NCBI RefSeq assembly: GCF_033153115.1
Contig: NW_026889809.1
Location: 4,898,001 to 4,962,000, forward strand
Direction of reading: 5' to 3'
DNA from: Saccostrea echinata
Taxonomy: Eukaryota
Length of the DNA stretch: 64,000 nucleotides
Within the stretch, counting starts at the first letter, position 1. Each line of letters begins with the position of its first letter. The notes below the pieces were generated by a model that was not told the DNA's origin, searched no databases, and worked only from the letters and a program-made list of their open reading frames with translations. A program made the position numbers and the translations under genes. Shown in pieces: positions 27,559 through 40,440 of this stretch.

Positions 27559-27751
27559 TGTCCACATTACTTGAAAAATTTATCTCCTCCCCAAAGTATG
27601 AGTTTCTTAATTATCTACCTAAAAATGTTTATCTTTCCAAATCCGCCATTTCGTGTCCACATTACTTGAAAAATTTATCTCCTCCCCAAAGTATGAGTTT
27701 CTTAATTATCTACCTAAAAATGTTTATCTTTCCAAATCCGCCATTTCGTGT
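27559..27751. repeat. Near-perfect 95-bp direct tandem duplication
   Basis: TGTCCACATTACTTGAAAAATTTATCTCC...CCGCCATTTCG starts at 27559 and again at 27654. Confidence 0.9.
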
Positions 27752-28150
27752 AATCCTACTTTTTCGGTCCAGATTCGGTAGTCGCTTATGTCAATTAACT
27801 CAATGGGAGGTTGTTCAAAAATTAACTGAAACTGACATTATATGTGTGTAATGAAAGGTTATGGTAGAAAGGGATGAGCTTCACCACGAGAATAATATTG
27901 ATAAAGACACTGGAAATACCCGCTTCCGTGTGTTATGTAATTTTCGAAGAATACGAGATTTTTTTCCCACTAAAAACTTACTGCACATAATGCCATCTGT
28001 TGGTTTTTATCGCGTAAGCAATTTATTTCAATTAAATTCTTCCTTCTCTGTGACAGCTTTCGTGTAGGAAATGTAAACATGTCTCAAGAATGATAGGGGT
28101 TTGAAAAAAATGTGCACATGAAGTCACTCACACACCGGTTACATCTGAGA

Positions 28151-28162
28151 TATATATAAAAA
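28151..28162 (+). promoter_or_regulatory. TATA box of Ig gene 1
   Basis: TATATATAAAAA about 35-45 bp upstream of the ATG at 28195. Confidence 0.55.
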
Positions 28163-28194
28163 GCAAATTATTTCCAGTACCATATTCCGAGAAA

Positions 28195-30009
28195 ATGGAT
28201 TTAAGATACTTCATCTTTCTGATTCTGTGGAGTTGTGCGAAGGCGAAAAGACCTAGGGGTAGGTTGAAGTAATTTGATGTCACAAATATATTTCCCCACA
28301 ACAATTAATTGTAATTTTAAAGAACTATTTACTTTTGTCAATAATTAAAAATATCTTTATTGAATTATTGAATATTGACACGAATCTTTCCTGATTGAAC
28401 ATTGCTTATGTTAACAGAGGTGAGTCTCGATATAAACAAATTAACTGCCTACATTGGGGAGACCGGACTACAAATAAGATGTCATGCTGATGGAAAGAGC
28501 GTGGTAAGACCAACATGGATGTCTATAGAATTTGCTGGATTTCAAAGTCAGCGGCCCATGGTCTATCTGTTTAGGAAGGACGGTGAAGATGTCCTTGAGT
28601 GGGGTGAGGAGTTCAATGTCACACGGCTACAGAGTCACATCACGGCCACAGGTCATCTGGAGGGATCCAAATCCTTCCTTCAGCTGGACTTCAGTCACGT
28701 GATGTGTGAGGATGGAGGGCGGTACACGTGTATTTACGCAGGCCTTGACGACCAGGGAAAGCTAAGAAAATTTTCAATGGCAGGGGATTTCGTTGCAAAA
28801 GGTTCGTCTAACGTTTTCGCAACACAAACAACAACAGGTTCCTTAATTGATATTTGAGACTACCTGTATCAGCAGCTGGTTTATTTACTACAAGTGTTTA
28901 TAACAGGTAGAGTTAGCGAAAAGTTAAGGTTTGTCCCGGTATTTACACAAGTTAAAGTGATATGCAGGTATTTCATCCTATTGAAAAACGATAATTTAAC
29001 ACCTGTTGCCCCATAGCTATCACAATGCTCAGATTTTTCTGTGAATAATTAATAAAGTTTCTGAAATTCAATACTATAGTATCAATTTATCTATCAGATT
29101 CCTTTGCTCTTGAAACACGTTGGAACATATTGACGGTCTCAGATATTACATTTCAGCGTGCGCGTCATGCGCTCAAATTTGTGCTTTCAACCATAACAAT
29201 TTAAACAAAATATGGAAGGTTCATACCAGCTTGAGAGAGTATACAAAGCATATCAAAGCTTGTTGTTAAAAAATACATGTCTTCGCTCAGTCCTATATCA
29301 TGAAATCAGTACATCACTTGGTAACCCTGAAATGAAAGAGAGGTCAGAAAGGTTATGGTGTGTTTGATTCCGGTAATGGACATTTTATGTTTTTAATTCC
29401 TTTGTAGCTATTGATGGTGGCCCTCCGAAGGTTACCTTAAATGGTAAACTTGTGAAGTCTTTCGACTCGATAAAAGTATCCCCTGGTGACAAGCTTCACC
29501 TTGTTTGTGAGGGCGATGTTGGCAAACCACGTATTCCTATATTGTGGCTTTTAAATGAATTACCTAAGCCACAGAGAGTATTGGGCAAGAAAGATGGAGT
29601 CAAACAAGGTTGTCAATGTTATAGATTTTTCAACTCAATCAAAATTCAAGAATTATAATTTCTATTTTCATTTGAATTATTCTCTCTTTTAAAATCTATA
29701 TTTGTTAATGTTCAGGAGAAAAAAGTTAAACACATTTTATAGAAGTGTTTGAACTCTTCTATACATAGAAAGCTTCTATATATTTTATATTCCATTAATT
29801 TGACGTGTGATTTTCTGTTGTATTTTTTTTTTCTGTTTTTGCTTTCATTTCTTATTTATTTCTCTGTTTAAGGTCTTCAAATCATCCCTGATGACAACCT
29901 CTGTTCATTCAGGTCTATTGTTCACTTGTACTATGAGATGGGAAATAGTATGGCCATACTATCGTGTAAAATAGCCTTCCGGAAAGTCAACATCTTTCTT
30001 CATCCCTAA
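28195..30009 (+). CDS. Secreted two-Ig-domain protein (signal peptide + V-like Ig + second Ig), 261 aa; exons 28195-28258, 28418-28801, 29408-29608, 29873-30009
   Basis: All introns are GT-AG, phase 1; 786 nt open. N-terminus MDLRYFIFLILWSCAKA is signal-like; IRC..W..CEDGGRYTC V-set pattern; second domain LVCEGDVGKP..ILW..LSCKI; no transmembrane segment; AATAAA at 30054. Confidence 0.85.
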
Positions 30010-31472
30010 TCCGTAAAAAATCCCTAATTTTCTGTAGACTCCACTGAACTGTGAATAAAATACATATATACATTTTAACATTATGTTAATTTTATTCTTA
30101 ATCTCGGATATTAAGTTCCATGATCCCTTTTTCCTGTTTTGGGCTATGAATGTTATATGCTACATGTAGCATCAACATGGACGAGACACTGTTCAAGTTA
30201 CTGAGGTTTTTTTGTTTATGTAATATGAAGTGTGTGTAGATGCGTGTGTCTGTTTAACTTTCAGATAAAATAGAATTAATTTTTTTTCTATACTATAACA
30301 TATTTTAAACCTTAAGTACATTGTTATCCCTGTTACTAAATATAGAATGAGATGTCTGATTCTTTCCATGGAGTGTTTGACTAAGAATGCCGATACAGTA
30401 GTACACTAAAGACAAGGTAAAGATGCAAGATGTTCTTTGTCTCTTTTTGAATCCTAATATGTGATGTTCTGCTGATAGAAATGAATACTGGAATTTTACA
30501 CCATAGAATGCATAATAAATAAAGATACCCAAGCTTGCGTGCCGATCGTATTATCCAAAAAACGAACGGTATTGCACTAACTACTATTTGATTATCTGCT
30601 AATTAATTTGAATTCTTCTATCCTACAATTGTACTTGCTGATTTAATTGAATAACTTGTTAATTCATAGATTTTAGTTAATTGCAAACTTTCACTTAGGT
30701 ATACACATATTTATTTACAAACTGCCTACATTTTCATTCAAACTTCCTTATACATTTGTGCTTATGTTTTACGTTCCATATTTCCCTTTATAAATAACCA
30801 TTGCATTTACATAAATTATATTTCATTGAAAACTTAGTAAATACATGTATATATAAACACTGGAATGCACAAATTCTGAATTTATATTTTAGATCCTGTG
30901 GACAAAGGAATCGATCAATAATTTGTTGTAAGGTTTATGTTTGGCTTTCTAGTCGTAGGAATTACATTACAGTGAATTGATGTGTACAATTTACCATTGC
31001 TGATCCCATTTTAATGAAAGGAGATAGGACCCGAACTGAATCTTATTAATTCCAACACAAAGTTACAATTGTTTAAAGAGATTTTCATTAAAAAATATAT
31101 CAATCGGTGAAAAGTGGGCCTCGATGTTCAAATTTTAATGTGCATGACGTGATGATTTATGGCCTTTTCTTCTTAATTTCCATAACCTTGATTTAAATTA
31201 ACTTCCTTTCCTGTGAAGATTGGTTTAAAAAATCATCCGTTGTCGTAAATGTTCAAACATTTAAACAATTAATAAAATAATTTCTTTATTTGTTTATACA
31301 GGGATTAACGATTGCAACCATTGCAGAAAAAATATAAGACGAAATTGGCCAAATAACAAATGGATGACTTCAGTTTTTCCAACTTATTGTATCAACTTTC
31401 AATCTTTATATTATAATATAATCCCATTATCACCTGTGTTTATCTTTTCATGTCGTATACCAATGAAACTCT

Positions 31473-33085
31473 AACTAGAAATATGTCCATAGGACATGAA
31501 CGCCCTGCCGAGTGTATATTAGTAATACAACATGAAAAATTGTATTTAGTTTATGATTCGTTTAATGAGAATATCTTGAATAGTTTCTTTAAAGGTGCTT
31601 GGACACAGATTTGAAGTTAATATTTTCTCAAATTTTCTGTATAATTTCATGACTTGTATGTTGCTATAGCATTTCATACTAAAATATAATAAAAATCTTA
31701 TTTCATCTCGAAGTTATTAAAGCTTCGAATTTCTGGACGCGTTGGATTGACACATCCTTGCGCTTTCAAATATTTTGATTTTATTCTTAATACTTAAGAA
31801 ATGTGACAATTTTGTTGTGTATTAATGAAAAATATTAAAACTTATAACCCAGAAAATTCAGAGTAGAAATGTTCGAAAGCAAAACCAACTCACAGTATTG
31901 TAAGTCCGTGCTCAGTTGTGTGTGCAGAGTTTAACAATTGAACACACCTGGTGATCGTAAGCATTAACAATAACAGAGCTCGTGCTCTGTTTACAAAAAC
32001 AGTTTACATTTCACGGGTGTGTTCAATTTGTTAAACTCTGTACACATCACAGAGCACGGACTGACAATACTGGTGAGTTGGTTTTGCTTCCGAACATTTC
32101 CACTCTGAATTTTCTGGATTATAGATGTAATATTTTTCATTGATGCATAACAAAATCGCTTCTTTTCTCAAATATTAAGGATAAAATTAAAATTTGTGTA
32201 AGTGCAAAGATGTGTTAATCAAACGCATCCCGGAATTCGTAGTTCCAATAATTTCCAGATAAAATAAGTTTTTAATTATATTTTTGTGTGAAATGCTATT
32301 GCAATATTTAAGTCGTGATATTATACAGAAAATTTTAGAAAATATTAAGTTCAAATCTGTGTCTAAGCACCTTTAAAACTGAAGTTGAAATCTAAAAAAA
32401 AAATGGATATAGATGATATATTCACACCAAATCATGTATAAAATGCATAAGCTTACATAAAAATATCTTGAATGGTTTCTTTAAAACTAAGCAAAATGCA
32501 AATTAAAGAAAGGTGAGGTCAAGGTCACAAGAAAGTGCAAGGTCAAAAGTTTTTGATGCAGTTGAATAGCTATCATTAATACGTATCAGAATATTAAGTT
32601 TGATAAAAATATCTTGAATGGTTTATTTAAAACTGAGCTGAACACTAATATAAGAAAAGTGAGGTCAAGGATAAAGAAAAAGTCAAGGTCAAAAATGTTG
32701 ATGCAGTTGATAGCTCTCATCAGTATGTATCAGCATATAAAGTTTGATAAAAAATATCTTGAATGGTTTATTTAAAACTGAGCTAAACGCTAATTAAGAA
32801 AAGTGAGGTCAATGTCAAAGGAAAGGTCAAGGTCAAAAAATGTTGATGCAGTTGAAAAGCTCACATCAGTATGTATCAGCATATGAAGTTTGATTACACT
32901 ATCTTGAATGGTTTCTTAAAAACTGAGCTAAACACTAATTAAAGAAAAGTGAGGTCAAGGTCAAAGGAAAGGTCAAGGTAAAAAAAAAAGTTGATGCAGT
33001 TGAATAGCTCTCATCAATATCTATCAGCAAATGAAGTTTGCTAAAAATATCTTGAATAGTTTCTTTGAAACTGAGCTTTGAACTG
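31473..33085 (-). mobile_element. HINE/Helentron-type element with a ~146-bp tandem repeat core
   Basis: End motif ACTAGAAATATGTCCATAGGACATG (short palindrome); unit AATATCTTGAATGGTTT..AAAACTGAGC..GAGGTCAAGGTCAAAGG..GATGCAGTTGAATAGC at about 32462, 32608, 32753, 32900 and 33046. Confidence 0.65.
31593..32372. mobile_element. 780-bp palindromic non-autonomous DNA transposon with TTAA TSD (Kolobok-like)
   Basis: TTAA|AGGTGCTTGGACACAGATTTGAA ... TTCAAATCTGTGTCTAAGCACCT|TTAA; arms are complementary almost to the centre (~31980). Confidence 0.85.
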
Positions 33086-33129
33086 AGCTGTTTTACATCA
33101 TACAATATCCAATCCTTGTAGTTTACATA

Positions 33130-33490
33130 AAACATCAAATAAGTTGATAATATAAATAAATTAACAATCTCGTTTAAAGTCAACATTTTTGCAAATTCTA
33201 TGATCGATACAATGACCTTGTTTGCAGATACAATGAATGTTGACTGACGTCTTTCAAACAAATTATTAAGCCATTTTTTTCACACTGAATTGTCCACGGT
33301 TTTTTCTGTTTACCCAGTCATAACAAAGAGCACTCTGCGGGTGTGCCCTGTGGAAAGGGGATGCTAACTCCTCCATGGAACCTGACCAAACCAACTTCCG
33401 TTTTCAGAGGTCCGTGTTGGCTCTGCTCATTATTTGTATTGTTTAAATGGACTTTTGAGAATGGTACCTGTTCGTTATCTTCACATTTCA
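33130..33490 (+). mobile_element. Penelope-like 3' fragment
   Basis: RLKSTFCKFYDRYNDLVCRY and 3' motif at 33328-33425. Confidence 0.7.
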
Positions 33491-33954
33491 CAATATCCAG
33501 GCCTTTCTTATTACACAATATTTATTCTAGCCTTTATCTTACATCCTACAACATCTAATTAAGCCCCCTAAGTTTACATGAAACAATAACTAATCCTTAA
33601 GTTTACATCGTAGTTTTCATAATACAATATCCAAATCCTTCGTAGAACACAGTGATTGTTTGGAAAACTGTTAGAAATACTTTTTAAATTTATTAGTTAT
33701 ATTATCTGAAATATTTACCTTTCATCATACAGAATATCTTATTTGTAAAAGAAATTCTAATTCATTCCAAACCTTGATCCAGCAGCTCATTTCAACTGAA
33801 TTCTATTTATAAATGAAGAACCAAAAAAAAAAATTATAAGATTTCAGGGCAGGCTCAAGTATTTTTCCGAGTGTTGATTTTTTTTCTAGTTTAAAAATAA
33901 AATTTTTTGATGCTATAAACTGTGATAAGTGATTGTATTTGCTGAATGTTCATT

Positions 33955-35440
33955 GTTTCGACCATAGAACTTGCGACAACGTTGACTTTAAACGAGATTG
34001 ATGTTCTTGTTTCATCAACTTGTTTGTAAATAGCTTGCCTCGTTCTAGAAATTGTTCGTACGTAGAGCATGCTCTTGCGTATCGAATCAACCGGGAAACA
34101 CTATATGCAGGTGATAAGGGTATATTTCTACATAAGTAAGGGAAGTTAACGATAGAAAAGTTGAAGTCATCACGATGATCATAAAGTTTTGTTGTTAGAT
34201 ATCATTAACGTCTTTTTCTAGTAGAATATCCAAATATGAAACAGATGTGTCAGACTGTTGTATCATTCATTTGAAGTTTACTGGGATATATTAAGTCGAC
34301 ATATGAATGGAAGTAACTATTGTTAATTGGTAATACGTCGTCGATATATTTAAGGTAGTACAAAACATCCATGAAATATGTTTTAACTAACTTCTTATAA
34401 GTACACTAGAAAAAAGAACAACATCACTATGTCAATAATCAGAGGCCTTTGTAAGGAAATTAATATTCTGTGACACGTTTTTTTGTCATATTTTACAAAA
34501 AATTAGAGAATCCTAATTTATTATGGAGAATGGTTGTATAAAGTGTTGAAAAGTCGTACTTAATGTAATTAATTAGGGTAAAATTATGTGATTTCAAATT
34601 TTCTAAAAGTTCCTTGGACTTTTTAAGTATCCACATCTGATTTACACCACTCCTCGAATATATTGTTTTACCGTACTCCTAAAGTTTCTCCTTCATTGTT
34701 GTAAATATTTTTTAGTGAGGAAAAAAAAGAAGTCTACTAATGTGGCCCTCAATATGACATTTAGATATATCAATGACGTTTTATCTATTAATACGATTCC
34801 TTATTTTTTCATACGTTGATATTATAAATCCCATTGAACTCAAAAGACACCACAATGCCTCATTCATATGCTTCATATATCAATGTTTTACTGGAGAAAG
34901 ACATTAATGGCAAACTGTTCATTTATACTTTGTGATAAACCTGACGACGTCAACTTTTCTATCGTCAACTTCCCTTATTTATGTAACAATATACCATTTT
35001 CACCTGCATATGGGGTTTATGTCTCCCTGTTGATTCGATACACAACATCATGCTCTGCATATAATCAATTTCTTAACCGAGGTTTCTGACAAATAAGTTG
35101 ATGATCAAAAACTTCGTTCAAAGTCAACATTTCGCAATTTTATGGCAGACAGAATAATCTTGTTTGCAAATACATTCTGTCCTTAGGTCGAATATTGATT
35201 AACGTTTTAATACAAATTGTTAGGCAATATTTCCATACTGAACTGTCTCGGGATTTATCCGTTTACCCAGTCAAAAAATGAATTCATGGCAAGTTTGACC
35301 CGTCGACAGGGGGCTGCTTATTCCTCTATGGCACCTTATCCCACCTGACAATTTCAGGGGTCTGCGATTGCTATGTTCTCAATTTGTACTGTTTATTAGG
35401 ACTTATGAAAATGATAAGTGTTCGTTATGTTCATTTTTTA
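33955..35440. mobile_element. Divergently oriented Penelope-like RT fragments (- 33955-34350, + 34720-35440)
   Basis: YIDDV..YDHRDDFNFSIVNFPYL on -; DKPDDVNFSIVNFPYLCNNIPFSPAYGVYVSLLIRY on + followed by the 3' motif at 35285-35345. Confidence 0.75.
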
Positions 35441-36976
35441 TGCACTAAGTAAACAAATGAATTGGAAATAAGTTATTGCAACTCATTATACCTTTTCCTC
35501 TAGATTTGTTTATTTATTCATTTCTTTATTTATTTACAGTATCTACTTCACATTTTGATATTTTTGCTTCTTCTAGCCTTAATCGTATATATTTACAGAT
35601 TGATACAAGACATCGTAAATATACATAAGAGTCTTTTGCCATAAAAAGTATGGTATCTCTTCAGGTTTTTCTGAGAATAATTTGTTAGTAGACAAAATAT
35701 TACTTAACTACCGTCATATTTGTTTTATTAGCAGTAAATATATAAGAAAGCACATATTGTGTTATATTGATAAGTGCCTATGTTGTCAGCATTTAAACTT
35801 CTTTAGTAGGAATTAATCGGTTGCAATTCCGTGTCTTTTCCATAAGAACTAGCATTTCTCGCACTTGGGCTCTAGTTCCAAACCCTCATTTTTTTCCCAT
35901 CATCAATCACAAAATATGGGCCCACTTTGTGTAATCTTTCGACAAGGTTTAACCCATTATATTTCAGAGTTTGTGTCGATAAGGATAGATGTTCCGTGGA
36001 CTATGTTTTGGATCCTTGCTTGCTTGACCATAAGGTCAGTACTGGGAAGCTGGACAAGTCAAGGTAGGAAAGTCCACTGACATTAGGTTATCTTTCTGTT
36101 CAATTTTAGGTCAAAATAGATAGTCCTGTTTCATCATGCCCTCTTTTGCATTTATCTTTTTATGAACAGTCTATTTACTTTAGAGTTTTTGTTTAATGTT
36201 AGAATTCCAGTAACTTTTGAGGAACTGTCTTGGTACAAAAACTTCTGACTCCCTTGGGAAGGTTACCAGTTTTCTCATTATATATAGAAAGTATTTGCAA
36301 GTTTTGATAAGAATATCAGTAACTTTGCGAAAATTTGTATAATTGGGTCATACAACACGTTCACCTTAAATATTGGTCAGGGTAACGTGTGACATGTCCA
36401 ATACTGAAGACTCTATTTGTTTAATGTTAAAGTCAAGACTTAAATGATGTATGACTAAATATTGTATAAGTACGCTATAAGAGACGGTACGATCACTGCT
36501 GTCCAAATATGCTTTCTGACCAAATCAAGACATGTGGGTGTTTTTGGTATTTCTGATAAACTAGACAAGGGGAAAAATGAGGTTTAATGTTGAATCATTT
36601 CTGTTTACAGAAAATCTATCATTTTCAAAATCAAAAAAGTCTTTGTTCGTATTTATACGTCATCACAGGATAATATCATCTTCAAGGTAAGGGGACAATT
36701 GATACGAAGGGGAGAGGGAGAAAAAGTAATCAGCAATGTGAATATTTGATTATATTTTTGTATTAGGTTGAAGAGGTGTGGCAACTCACCACCACCCCCT
36801 CCCCTGAGTTCCAATTAAGGCTTTGATACAGATTTAATGAAGTGATCAATATATTTTTCATCCTTGTGAAATAAGCAATGTGCACTTAGAATGTACATGT
36901 AGTACCGAAATTAAAAAAAATAAGATGACCTTGTATATAGACCCTGTCTGAAATGTTCAGGTAATTCACAGATAAC

Positions 36977-36977
<1 letters not shown>

Positions 36978-37057
<80 letters not shown>
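36978..37057. repeat. (TA)n microsatellite
   Basis: About 40 perfect TA units. Confidence 0.97.
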
Positions 37058-37058
<1 letters not shown>

Positions 37059-38150
37059 GGTTTTTCTTAGTGTGTGAAGAAGGGAAACTAATAAACAAGA
37101 CCGGCCGAGTAATTCGGCAAAAGTGACATTGTGCAACTTGTCATTAGAAAAGACATATGAACCCTCTAGAAACAAAGAGTTTTTTTTCAAATTATATATT
37201 AATTTTTATTCATTTACATGTACAACCTCTATGTATTTTAATGTTAAATCATGCCAAAATAGTTAAAATATTTCACTTTTCATGATGAATAAAGGATTTT
37301 TAATATGGTAATAAGTGTATTTCTTCTCCAAAATTTGAACGGTGACGTTTATTCTTTTGACGTCGGAAATTGCTCCGGGTGATAGGAAACGAAAACACTA
37401 AACGTGATCGTTTACACGGAAATAAGTCTAGACCATTATATAATGCATGCAATTTGATCCTGCCCGTAGACCATAAACTATGAACAAACTTAAAATTTAG
37501 ATTTTAAAGATCACATTTTTTAACTAACAAACGTTTAAAAAGTTGCATGGGTGTATATTTTAAATTTAAACTCATGATTAAAATTCCGTTTTATTTCCAA
37601 GATTATTTCAGTTTTTTACTACTTTGAAATTCTGACTTAACTATTTTCTCAATTTATGGTCCTGTGGCCATGTTTCGCAATTTCATTATCTTGAACGTGA
37701 AAAAAATATTGGGCGAGTTTTCGTGGTCAGGAGGTCAGTTAATGTAAACGTACAAGTAAGAAAAGGACAGTGTCCAAAATACTACATAGATAAAGATGCT
37801 TATGTAGATAACTCGTACAAAACAGCAACACAGTATACAGGTTAGAAAAGGACAGTGTCCAAAATACTACATAGATAAAGATGCTTATGTAGATAACTAG
37901 TACAAAACAGCAACACGGTATACAGGTAAGAAAAGGACAGTGTCCAAAATACTACATAGATAAAGATGCTTATGTAGATAATTAGTACAAAACAGCAACA
38001 CAGTATACAGGTAAGAAAAGGACAGTGTCCAAAATACTACATAGATAAAGATGCTTATGTAGATAACTAGTACAAAACAGCAAGACAGTATACATGCAGG
38101 TAATAAAGGACAGTGTCCAAAATAATTCATAGATAAAGATGCTTATGAAG

Positions 38151-39954
38151 ACAAGCATTCTGAGAGTATTGCATAAGCAATACATGTCCCCTACCGGTAT
38201 CCCCTTTTCTTTTTAGGATGTCATTTTATAAGACACTGTATATGATAACTGCGCCCCTCCCCCCCCCCCAATGTGGACATTTCAGTTTAATTGTTAATGA
38301 ATGAAATGTTCGGATGAAATATGTCTTACAAAGACGTTTTTGACTAAAAACACATAAGGTTTGAATAACATGATTGACAATTGCTTACGTTATTCTTTTC
38401 CCTAACCTGGCATTAAATCTCTGCCTTTAACTAATAGCGAGCGCAGCGAGGGGCGCGAAGGACCGCTCGCAATGCGAGCTCTAACGACAACGCCTGGGCG
38501 AAGAGAAAATTCGGACTTCGCACATTGATCCAAGTAATTTTTCCCGCAGTTACCTCGAGACCCACAATGCAACGCTTGTTGTTCTCGCTGATAACTTCGT
38601 TCTCGTGGTAACAACAACTAAAAATTTACAAAAAATAAACTCACCTTAATTTAATGGATATTGAATACATATAGTAGATCAAACGTTTTTCGTTAAAATT
38701 TTGCACCTTTCAAACTTCGTTTATGGTGAAATGCAGCTTACATGTATACAACGTCATGTGACGTCACAGTCTAGACGTTCCAAATGTCTCGTGCCGTTTT
38801 AAGTATGTGAAGAGGCGGATCTTAAAACTAAAACAACTGCGCTCGCCCTAAGGGTCGCACCGTCAACATATTAAATAAATAGGGATTAAAAAAACAATTC
38901 AAATCGGGAAAAATATTCAGTATTTATTGCATCTGATATTATTACGCCAAGTATAATATGTTGACGGTGCGACCGTTGGAGCGAGCGCACTGTTCTCTTA
39001 ATTTGAAGATCCGCCTCTTCAAACCGCACGTGACGTCACATGACGTCGTATGTTAGCTGCATGCTGCATTTCCATAAACGAAGTTTGAAAAGTGCAAAAA
39101 TTTTAACAAAAAACGTTTAATCTACTATCTGTTTGCAATATCCATTAAATTAAGGTGAGTTTATTTTTTGTGAACTTTTAGTTGTTGTTACCGTGCGAAC
39201 GAAGTTAGCAGCGAGAACAACAAGCGATGCATTGTGGGTCCAGAATTACTGTGGAAAAAAATTCTATTGAACGAATGTGCAGTAGTCCGAATTTTCTCTT
39301 CGCCCAGGCGTTGTCGTTAGAGCTCGCAGTGACGAGCGGCGCTTCGCGCCCCTCGCTGCGCTAGCTTTTAAGTATTCGCTGGTAGGAATTGCTGAAAACA
39401 ATGCACAATATTACTTTACCGTCTTCTGTCACAATCGACAACCTCGCTTTTAGAACATTTTAGTGCAGCACGAACCCGATTGTAAACCCGATTATAAAAA
39501 AAGAGGAATGCTTAAAACTGATTTGCTCTAGCACCTGTTGGTCAAACATGACAGAATTCAAACTTGATCTATAGTTTGTCACTATAAAGCTACCTAGCAA
39601 GTTTGAAATCAATAATTTTAAACCTGACAACCTCGTGTTGTAACATTAATATAGTGCAGCACGAACCCGATCTTGAACTATTATAAAAAAAGGAATGTTT
39701 AAAACTGAATTACTCTGGAACCTTTTGGTTAAACGTGATAAAATTCAAACTTGATCTGTAGTTTATCACTATAGAGGTACACAGCAAGTTTAAAATCAAT
39801 TCTCAAAAGCATAAAGAAAAAAAGTGCGGAAAACCAAGTGGGACAGACTGACAGACAGACAGAGGGACAGCTAGACAGACAGACAGACAGACAGACGGAC
39901 GGACAGACTCAGAGAAAACCTATAGTCCCCTCCGGTTTCACCGGTAGGGGACTA
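38151..39954 (-). mobile_element. HINE/Helentron-type element with a variant core and a nested foldback element
   Basis: Same two end modules and (GACA)n as 657-1163, but with ~190-bp core repeats (GTGCAGCACGAACCCGA..AATTCAAACTTGATCT) at 39460-39830. Confidence 0.8.
38436..39366. mobile_element. ~930-bp foldback element with ~430-bp inverted arms
   Basis: AGCGAGCGCAGCGAGGGGCGCGAAG... mirrored by ...CTTCGCGCCCCTCGCTGCGCTAGCT; arms 38436-38872 and 38953-39366; no ORF. Confidence 0.88.
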
Positions 39955-40440
39955 ACAAACATTCTGAGAGTATTGCATTAGCAATACTATTCCCTACCGG
40001 CAAGTGTAATCTGGTTCCCGTTAAAATTTGAAAATGCCATAATTCCGTCAAAAATCAATGAAGAGGAACGAAATGCAAACTTGATCTATAACTCATCAAG
40101 GTAAAGTCACATGCCAAATATCAGCTCAATATCTGCAAGCGTTTAGAAAAAAATTGCGGAAAACCCTGAAAAATTGAAAAGGTCGTAATTCCGTCAAAAA
40201 TCTTTGAAGCGGAACGAAATGCAAACTAGACCAGTAAATCATCAAGATACACTCACATACCAAAAATCAGCTCAATATCTGCAAGCACTTAGAAAAAAAA
40301 GTGCGGAAAACCAAGTGGGACAGACTGACAGATAGACAGAGGGACAGACAGACAGATGGACAGCTAGACAGACAGACAGACGGACGGACAGACTAAGAGG
40401 AAACCTATAGTCCCCTCCGGTTTCACCGGTAGGGGACTAA
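39955..40440 (-). mobile_element. HINE/Helentron-type element, head-to-tail with the previous one
   Basis: Colinear with and highly similar to 657-1163. Confidence 0.88.

Noticed and set aside
27559-27751. 95-bp duplication as a regulatory enhancer duplication upstream of Ig gene 1
   Set aside because: It is close to an assembly gap and near-perfect, so a local misassembly cannot be excluded; no functional evidence.
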